Assembly: GCF_006345805.1 (NCBI RefSeq)
Contig: NW_021829534.1
Location: 1 to 6,052 of the forward strand
Direction of reading: 5' to 3'
DNA length: 6,052 nt
Origin: Octopus sinensis
Lineage: Eukaryota
Each line of letters starts with the position of its first letter. Positions within the stretch are counted from its first letter, which is position 1. Positions 1-5,899 of this stretch are shown piece by piece. The notes below the pieces were generated by a model, which did not search any database, was not told the origin of the DNA, and saw only the letters and a program-made list of their open reading frames with translations. A program made the translations under genes and the position numbers.

Positions 1-125
1 GGAAAGCGTATTTCCCGTTCGACTGTCGTACCCGATTGATACCCTCGTCAATTTTATCTGTAAAAACGCTGGGGTCTTTGATGTCATGTAAGCCCACATT
101 CTCTCATATACCGCAACTTAGAAGT
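1..125 (-). CDS. GRIA: Internal coding exon (partial, runs off the left edge) of an AMPA-type ionotropic glutamate receptor subunit, S2 ligand-binding segment; two apparent 1-nt deletions
   Basis: The minus strand from 125 reads ACT TCT AA- GTT GCG GTA TAT GAG AGA ATG TGG GCT TAC ATG ACA TCA AA- GAC CCC AGC GTT TTT ACA GAT AAA ATT GAC GAG GGT ATC AAT CGG GTA CGA CAG TCG AAC GGG AAA TAC GCT TTC C, i.e. TS(K)[13 protein letters not shown](K)[25 protein letters not shown](L). This aligns without amino-acid gaps to the vertebrate GluA S2 segment recalled from memory ([46 protein letters not shown]). It is preceded by a canonical TTGTAG acceptor at the phase-0 position where I recall the equivalent vertebrate GRIA exon starting. 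The symbol is family-level only; the paralogue cannot be assigned. Confidence 0.9.
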
Positions 126-205
126 CTACAAAGAAAAAATAAGAAAGCTTAAGGACAAAAAGCAGAAATGAAGAAAAGAAAGGAAAATAAGGAAGAGTGA
201 TAAAA
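126..205 (-). promoter_or_regulatory. 3' splice site with ~80 nt polypyrimidine tract
   Basis: The minus strand reads ...cattttatcactcttccttattttcctttcttttcttcatttctgctttttgtccttaagctttcttattttttctttgtAG|ACT. The acceptor AG is at 127-126. The only other AG in the tract is at 149-148. Confidence 0.85.
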
Positions 206-215
206 TGCATCCAGA

Positions 216-300
216 CATATATACACACATGTATATATATATATATATATATATGTATATGTATACTATATATATATATATATAATATATATATGTACAT
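216..300. repeat. (TA)n-rich microsatellite
   Basis: Near-continuous TA dinucleotide repeat with a few CA/TG interruptions, directly visible. Confidence 0.95.
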
Positions 301-1445
301 ATATGCATGCATAAATATACACATACATACATGCATGCATAAATGAATGCATACATATATACAACATATGTACATACATGCCTACATATATGCATGCATA
401 CATATATGCATGCATACATATATGCATGCATACATATATGCATGCATACATATATGCATGCATACATATATACACACATATATACATACATGCATACATA
501 TATGCATGCATACATATATGCATGCATACATATATGCATGCATACATATATGCATGCATACATATATACATCCATGCATATATACATCCATGCATACATG
601 CATGTATGCATGCTTACATACATATGTACATACATGCATACGTACATGCATGCATACATATATGCATGCATGCGTACGTACATATATGCATGCATACATA
701 TACGTACATGCATGCATACATACATGCATGCATACATACATGCATGCATACATACAAGCATGCACATACATACACACATCCATACTTACATACATATATG
801 CATGCATACATATATGCATGCATAAATATATACATACATATGTACATACATGCATACATATATGCATACATACATATATACATCCATGCATACATGCATG
901 TATGCATGCTTACATACATATGTACATACATGCATACGTACATGCATGCATACATATATACATACATGCATACATATATGCATGCATGCGTACGTACATA
1001 TATGCATGCATACATATACGTACATGCATGCATACATACATGCATGCATACATACATGCATGCATACATACAAGCATGCACATACATACACACATCCATA
1101 CTTACATACATATATGCATGCATACATATATGCATGCATAAATATATACATACATGCATACATATATGCATGCATACATATATACATCCATGCATACATG
1201 CATGTATGCATGCTTACATACATATGTACATACATGCATACGTACATGCATGCATACATATATACATACATGCATACATATATGCATGCATGCGTACGTA
1301 CATACATGCACACATGCATGCATACATACTTGTATGCATACATACATGCATACATACAAGCATGCATGCACATACATACACACATCCATACTTACATACA
1401 TGTATGCATGCTTACATACATATGTACATACATGCATACATACAT
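301..1445. repeat. Compound tetranucleotide satellite (ATAC/ATGC/ATAT/GTAC units) with 16-mer tandem blocks and a ~300 bp higher-order repeat
   Basis: The 16-mer CATACATATATGCATG is tandem at 381-460 (5 copies, the first a variant) and 493-556 (4 copies). Rare marker motifs recur about every 300 bp: GCTTA at 612/908/1212, CAAGC at 755/1071/1357 and ACTTA at 784/1100/1390. Bases 601-660 are identical to 1201-1260. Confidence 0.95.
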
Positions 1446-1489
1446 TTCGTTTCTGTATTTTGTTTGCAAGAGTCTTGAACAGTTTTTGC

Positions 1490-1610
1490 ATCAATTGAGG
1501 ATGTTTATGTCATACACGCGGTGGGAGTTGAGCTCAGAACGTGAGAACCGCAAGAAATTCCAATAATCATTTCGTCCGACGCTCTAACGATTCTGCCAGC
1601 TCACCACCTT
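1490..1610 (-). mobile_element. Diverged tRNA-derived SINE, family 2 (head region)
   Basis: The plus strand gagctcagaacg...gctctaacgattctgccagctcaccacctt is homologous to the copies at 1993-2140, 2368-2595 and 5900-6052. On the minus strand it shows an A-box-like TGGCAGAATCG and a degenerate B box. Confidence 0.7.
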
Positions 1611-1617
1611 AATAAAC

Positions 1618-1712
1618 GGCCCGAGACTATAGTAGAAGACACTTGCCCAAGGTGCCACGCAGTGGGACTGAACCCGGAACAGGTGGTTGGTAAGCAAGCT
1701 ACTTACCACACA
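1618..1712 (-). mobile_element. tRNA-derived SINE fragment, family 1 (head plus CORE-like domain), truncated at both ends
   Basis: The reverse complement matches 5694-5790 at about 90%. It has the B box GGGTTCAGTCCC followed by GCACCTTGGGCAAGTG, which resembles the CORE-SINE central motif. Octopus OR-type SINEs are known CORE-SINEs, but the exact family name was not verified. Confidence 0.88.
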
Positions 1713-1894
1713 TTTCTTTAGATTTCTTTTTTGAAAAAACCAAGTCTAGAGTTATTTGTTAAGTGGGGGCAGCCTTTTTTTCGCTCTCTATAAATCTCGG
1801 TAACTCGCAGAAGCATTTCTTATGGTAGTAGAAACTTCTGCACTTCGTTCAAAATTTCGAAGTTTAACCTTTTTATATTTATTATAAAGTAAAA

Positions 1895-1949
1895 CGCGTA
1901 AACCCGGGGTTTCGTAAAGCGGGACCTCGTAAAGTGAGGCATTCCTGTA
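1895..1949. mobile_element. Right end of a Tc1/mariner-superfamily (pogo/Tigger-like) element or MITE
   Basis: It ends ...CGTAAAGTGAGGCATTCCTG|TA (reverse complement TA|CAGGAATGCCTCACTTTACG) with a TA target at 1948-1949. CGTAAA subterminal repeats sit at 1897, 1913 and 1928. It matches the TIR at 4894-4915 at 18/22 in inverted orientation. No left end was found. Confidence 0.6.
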
Positions 1950-1992
1950 CTCCAGTACTTCCCTATCGTCGACTGTTTTCATTATTTTATTT

Positions 1993-2140
1993 TGGTCAAC
2001 TGGTTTTTATTTTATCGACGCCGAAAGAATTAAAAGGAAAAGTCGACCTCGGCGGAATTTGAACTCAGAATGTTAAGACGGACGAAATGCCGCTAAGCAT
2101 TTTACTTGGCGCGCTGACGATTCTGTCTGCTCGCCGCCTT
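1993..2140 (-). mobile_element. tRNA-derived SINE, family 2, lacking its 3' part (local duplicate of the 2448-2595 segment)
   Basis: On the minus strand the head AAGGCGGCGAGCAGACAGAATCG is followed by the B box GAGTTCAAATTCC and a central TTTCGGCGTCGATAAAATAA...ACCAGT motif. It has 5 mismatches over 160 bp to 2448-2607. Confidence 0.85.
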
Positions 2141-2367
2141 AAGCTGTGTAAACGAAAAGAAGTGGAAAGTATTTAAATAAAAGCATTTCTAAAACAATTT
2201 GCACAAGGGAGCGTGTACGGTTATGCTGCTGATACAGAAATGGCTCAGCCAGTCGGAAGGCTGGTCATTTGGGTCTTGCCATTGGCACTGATTGCTTCTT
2301 ATCAATGCCAAGACACTTACATCGGAAAGTTGAATCTTTCTCGGTAAGAACAAAGCTATGTAAATAT

Positions 2368-2595
2368 TGGTTTCATGTTTTGGTACAAGGCCAGTAAATT
2401 CGGGCGGGGGGCGGAGGGGAGGAATAAGTCGATTATATCAACCCCAGTGGTCAACTGGTTTTTATTTTATCGACGCCGAAAGAATTAAAAGGAAAAGTCG
2501 ACCTCGGCGGAATTTGAACTCAGAATGTAAAGACGGACGAAATGCCGCTAAGCATTTTACTTGGCGCGCTGATGATTCTGTTTGCTCAACGCCTT
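2368..2595 (-). mobile_element. Near full-length tRNA-derived SINE, family 2
   Basis: The minus strand has a tRNA-like head, the B box GAGTTCAAATTCC, a central domain, a C-rich tract and a 3' end GGCCTTGTACCAAAACATGAAACC. It is homologous to three other copies in the window. The central motif resembles the conserved domain of widespread metazoan SINE superfamilies (Meta/Deu type), but that assignment is from memory and unverified. Confidence 0.85.
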
Positions 2596-3181
2596 AAGCT
2601 GTGTAAATCATCCAACTATGGTCATAGTTTAATAATATTAAAGCCGCAACTTACTCACAAGCAGCATCTTTCATAGCTTGTCGCTAATTCAGTTCTTAAC
2701 CAAATTGAAAACTGTTAACATTTTTGAAGAGGACTGGTCCCTAGCTACATTTTGGCATAAAAAATTGAGATTTGATCCAGTAGAAAAAGAATTTGCCTAC
2801 CATATATACTATTCTACTTTGCATAAAACTTTAGCTATATTGGTACTTTTGACTCTCATTTTTTAAGCATTCTATTGTGTCGATATTTTGACCAAATTTA
2901 TTCCCTTTTTTTAAATTATGTTACTTTATAAATTGGAATCAAATAATTTTTAATATTCAAATTTTATCCTTAGCTGCAATGTTTTAAGTAAACATTTTCT
3001 TGTTCTGTACTTTACCCGATGTAGTAAGTTGTCCCGAACTTTTCCAAGTGTAATAATTTTTACTGTAATTTTCCAGGTTTATAATCTTAAGAATATTATT
3101 TTTCTTGCTCGCATTTTTCCATGTAATATTAATTGCTGATAGGAACACTGTATTTCGTTATGCAACCACAAGTATTATATA

Positions 3182-3522
3182 CTGTGGAGCCGCAGTGGCC
3201 CAGTGGTTAGGGCAGCGGACTCGCGGTCGGAGGATCGCGGTTTCGATTCCCAGACCGGGCGTTGTGTGTGTTTATTGACCGAAAATACCTAAAAGCTTCA
3301 CGAGGCTCCGGCAGGGGGTGGTGTCGACCCTTGTACTCTTTCGCCCCAACTTTCTCTCACTCTTTCTTCCTGTTTCTTGAGTAACGCTGCGATGGACTGG
3401 TGTCCCGTCCAGCTAGGAGGAACGCATACGCCACAGAAACCGGGAAACCGGGCCCATGAGCCTGGGAAACCGGGCCCATGAGCCTGGCTTGCCTTGAAAA
3501 GGGCGCATAAATAGATAAAAAA
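3182..3522 (+). mobile_element. Full-length tRNA-derived SINE, family 3, with a V-domain-like centre, A-rich tail and probable 12-bp target-site duplication
   Basis: The A box is TGGCCCAGTGG (3196-3206) and the B box GGTTTCGATTCC (3239-3250), with a D-stem GCCC/GGGC. GCTGCGATGGACTGGTGTCCCGTCCAG (from 3386) resembles the V-SINE domain. An A-rich tail lies at 3509-3524. The flanking direct repeats are AAGTATTATATA (3170-3181) and AAGTCTTATATA (3523-3534), 11/12 identical. Confidence 0.82.
3442..3487 (+). repeat. Perfect 22-bp tandem duplication inside the family-3 SINE
   Basis: GGGAAACCGGGCCCATGAGCCT occurs at 3442-3463 and 3464-3485, followed by GG. Confidence 0.95.
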
Positions 3523-3795
3523 AAGTCTTATATATTACAGGCTTTATAAGTCAATACTGTGTCTCATAGTATTAGCAGTGGTATTAAATCACTTTTTAAA
3601 AGTTATCTCGACAGATTTTTAAATAGAAATGAGAGCCAAGTCTGAATCTCTACAGGTTTTGTTTTTTTTTTAGAAATTACTATAAAAAGTCAATTATGTA
3701 AGTTGCAATTTGCAAACAACAAGAATAGTGTAAAAAATGGCGAATATTCTGCATTAGCTATTTAGCGACGTGTTCAGTTTCTCCATCATAAGAAC

Positions 3796-3823
3796 GGTGG
3801 TGATGGTGATGGTGGCGGTGGGG
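3796..3823. repeat. Short imperfect (GGT/GAT)n trinucleotide microsatellite
   Basis: ggtggtgatggtgatggtggcggtgggg is directly visible. Confidence 0.7.
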
Positions 3824-4363
3824 AGCCTTTTACAAGAAAAGAATGGTTTATGGAAGAGTTAGATAATTAGTAGAACCTAGTGACACAAAGAAAGCAACGA
3901 TGCAGCAATTTGTGCGTTGAGCCATGTTTTTATGCAGGAGGTTTCGAAGATGGAAGGAGAATGGCAGCGGAAAAAAGAATTGTTTGGAATGAGATATACT
4001 GTTGCAAAGATGCGTTCCACGTGATAGAGTAAGTACCATTGTGATTCAATACAAGAATTTTGAATTAAATTTAAAAGAAAACTCACTTTGAAAGGCAAAA
4101 ATTGCATTTCGTTAAATTGGAATTTACGATAGAAAATGGATTAAACTAGAATATGTTTTATAATGGAATAAATGTGAACTGATGCTTTTGGAACAAACAT
4201 TTAAAGGTTTGAAGGTATTTCCCCCCCCACCTCATCCTTAAATAACTTGGTTATAAGAATTAAATTTTGCACATATAGTGTCTGGAATTATTTTTGCTGC
4301 TTTCATATGGCGACAAATAGCTATGAATTCTCTTCTTTTTTTTTCGAAATAAATATTGGCGTA

Positions 4364-4545
4364 GGCGCAAGCGTTGCTGGGTGGCAAGACGTTTGCTTCC
4401 CAACCACAAGGATTTAGGTTCAGTACCACCGCATGGCATCTTAAGCAAGTGTTTTCTACTACAACCCCGGGACGACCAAAGCGTTGTGAGTGGATTTGGT
4501 AGACGGAAACTGAAAGAAGCCCGTTGTATATACATGTTTACATAC
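4364..4545 (+). mobile_element. tRNA-derived SINE family 1, 5' half (diverged)
   Basis: It is collinear with 5680-5846: GGCGCA head, B-box-like AGGTTCAGTACC, CORE-like GCATCTTAAGCAAGTG, then GTGAGTGGATTTGGTAGACGGAAACTGAAAGAAGCCCG, ending in a TA/CA simple repeat. Confidence 0.88.
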
Positions 4546-4718
4546 TTTTTACTTGTTTCAGTAATTTGACTGCGGCTATGCTGGAACACCACCTTGAAAG
4601 ATTTTAGTCGGATATTCTATCGGTTCTTTTGTCGAACCACTAAGTTATGGGGACGTAAACACACCAATACCGATTGTAAAGCGGTGATGGGGCAACAAAT
4701 ACCGACATAGATATATAT
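4546..4718 (-). mobile_element. SINE family 1, 3' half, in inverted orientation with an internal deletion
   Basis: TTTTTACTTGTTTCAGT...GACTGCGGCTATGCTGG...TATTCTATCGGT...GGGGACGTAAACACACC matches my recollection of the reverse complement of this family's 3' half. TATTCTATCGGT at 4613-4624 is the exact inverse of 4725-4736. Confidence 0.7.
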
Positions 4719-4792
4719 AAAGAGACCGATAGAATAAATACCAACTTAAACAGATAAGCATTGGGGTGGGGACGCGATTCGTTCTACTAAAA
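4719..4792 (+). mobile_element. SINE family 1, fragment of the 3' half, forward orientation
   Basis: AAAGAGACCGATAGAATAA...TGGGG...CGATTCGTTCTACTAAA is an inverted homologue of part of 4546-4718. Confidence 0.6.
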
Positions 4793-4893
4793 TTCATGTA
4801 CCCCGCCCTGCTTGTTGTTGCGGCTTCTATGACATGCACTTTGAAGGAGTTATACAGGGAAGCTTGATAATCTATCGTCGTTGATAAGTTAAA

Positions 4894-4975
4894 TACAGGC
4901 ATACCTCAACTTACGTTGGTAACTGGTTTCCAAGATATGCGACGTAACTCGAAAATCGACGTAACGCGAAAAATC
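4894..4975. mobile_element. Left end of a pogo/Tigger-like DNA transposon or MITE
   Basis: TA|CAGGCATACCTCAACTTACG resembles Tigger-type TIRs (CAGGCATACCTC...). A subterminal 17-bp tandem CGACGTAAC(T/G)CGAAAA sits at 4940 and 4957. No matching right end was found downstream in the window. Confidence 0.62.
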
Positions 4976-5324
4976 ATTAAAAAATTTTTGTTACCTTATA
5001 TTACCTTACTTTCGTTTAATAATGTTTGTACATACCCCGGCGCTCATGGCAGATGAAATTCGCCCGTTACGATCTATGTGCGTTCTTTTATGCACCAAGC
5101 ACCACCATGAAAGGGTCTCTCAAGGCTAATAAAGCAGTATTCGGTATTCTAACAAAGCATCCATGTTAAGTTGGATATAAAGATTTATCTTTAGTATTAA
5201 TATTGCTTCCGTCGCTAATAACACTGTGTAACACGATTTTTGTTTTTGGGTAGCCACCGTTTGCTTACTCCTAAAAAGTATGAAAATTGGCTAATATTTC
5301 CTTCTAATTTTGCTTTTGTTAGAT

Positions 5325-5475
5325 TTATTCAAACCCCAAAGAATCCTTCTCAACACATGGCTATGATGTCTCACGCCCACTACTCCTGCTCCTAATCAGA
5401 GACACACACATTGTAAGCCACTACGGGACATACTGAAGTGACAAGCAAATCTGTGGTATTGAGCAGAACATTTGC
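5325..5475. repeat. Probable fragment of another octopus interspersed repeat (class not assigned)
   Basis: TTATTCAAACCCCAAAGAAT...CAACACATGGCTATGATG...GACAAGCAAATCTGTGGTATTGAGCAGAA matches my recollection of a recurrent octopus sequence. It has no second copy in the window, so the call rests on memory only. Confidence 0.35.
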
Positions 5476-5679
5476 TATAATGATATTTCTGCTTCAGCAA
5501 CTCAGCGCTGAATCTGTCAGAAATGTAATGGAAAATAGGACAGTTTCAAAGCACTGATATCCAGGTCACAAAAGCAACGTGTGAAGGGAATAGAAGTCAT
5601 TTCCTTCGATTTCTAGATAGAGGCAAATAGGAAATAACACTTACTGACCAAAGACAAAAAAAAAAAAAATTAACATGTA

Positions 5680-5846
5680 GGCGCAGGAGTGGGTATGTGG
5701 TAAGTAGCTTGCTTACCAACCACATGGTTCCGGGTTCAGTCCCACTGCGTAGCACTTTGGTCAAGTGTCTTCTACTATAGCCTTGGGCCGACCAAAGCCT
5801 TGTGAGTGGATTTGGTTGACGGAAACTGAAAGAAGCCCGTCGTATA
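5680..5846 (+). mobile_element. tRNA-derived SINE family 1, 5' half (well conserved)
   Basis: The head GGCGCAGGAGTGGGTATGTGGT is A-box-like. The B box GGGTTCAGTCCC is at 5732-5743 and is followed by CORE-like GCACTTTGGTCAAGTG. It is homologous to 4364-4545 and, inverted, to 1618-1712. Confidence 0.9.
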
Positions 5847-5892
5847 TCGTATATATATATATGATAGATATATATATTATATATATATATAT
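5843..5892. repeat. (TA)n microsatellite (central simple repeat of SINE family 1)
   Basis: An interrupted TA repeat immediately follows the family-1 5' half, as at ~4527-4545. Confidence 0.9.
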
Positions 5893-5899
5893 AAAGACT

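Noticed and set aside
118-1566. Thirteen long overlapping ORFs rich in M/H/A/Y/I/C/T/V (up to 366 aa) on both strands
   Set aside because: They are translations of a satellite whose alternating R/Y units almost never generate stop codons. They are open in many frames on both strands and are not evidence of coding.
2114-2160. Hammerhead-core-like CTGACGA...GAAA (and CTGATGA at ~2569)
   Set aside because: Stem II does not close (T opposite C), no stem I or III partners were found, and the motif is part of the antisense SINE head.
2249-2311. Two small plus-strand hairpins (CCAGTC-GGAA-GGCTGG; TTGGCACTGA/TCAATGCCAA)
   Set aside because: The stems are 6 and 9/10 bp, within chance expectation for 6 kb, and I recognised no ncRNA family.
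2321-2355. Minus-strand donor GAT|GTAAGT at 2320 as a possible receptor micro-exon
   Set aside because: The nearest acceptors give 19 or 35 nt, neither frame-preserving, with no iGluR similarity.
2402-2422. G-rich tract, possible G-quadruplex
   Set aside because: It has only three runs of three or more G, lies inside a SINE 3' region, and is on the strand opposite to the pre-mRNA.
3186-3260. tRNA-like sequence (Arg-like) with A and B boxes
   Set aside because: Only the D-stem pairs well. The acceptor, anticodon and T stems are broken, and it continues into SINE body and tail, so it is a SINE head rather than a tRNA gene.
381-3487. Tandem or direct repeats as a CRISPR-like array
   Set aside because: The context is eukaryotic, there is no repeat-spacer alternation with unique spacers, and there are no cas genes.
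3938-4028. Plus-strand exon-like segment (ttttatgcag|...|gtaagt) with one open frame GGFEDGRRMAAEKRIVWNEIYCCKDAFHVI
   Set aside because: I recognised no homology, it is antisense to the host gene, and its phase is incompatible with the 2240-2343 candidate (joining gives an early stop).
1963-4880. 9-bp direct repeat CTATCGTCG (1963-1971, 4872-4880) near both transposon ends, as a possible TSD of a 2.9 kb insertion
   Set aside because: Many 9-mer matches are expected by chance in 6 kb, and there are no terminal repeats just inside the pair.
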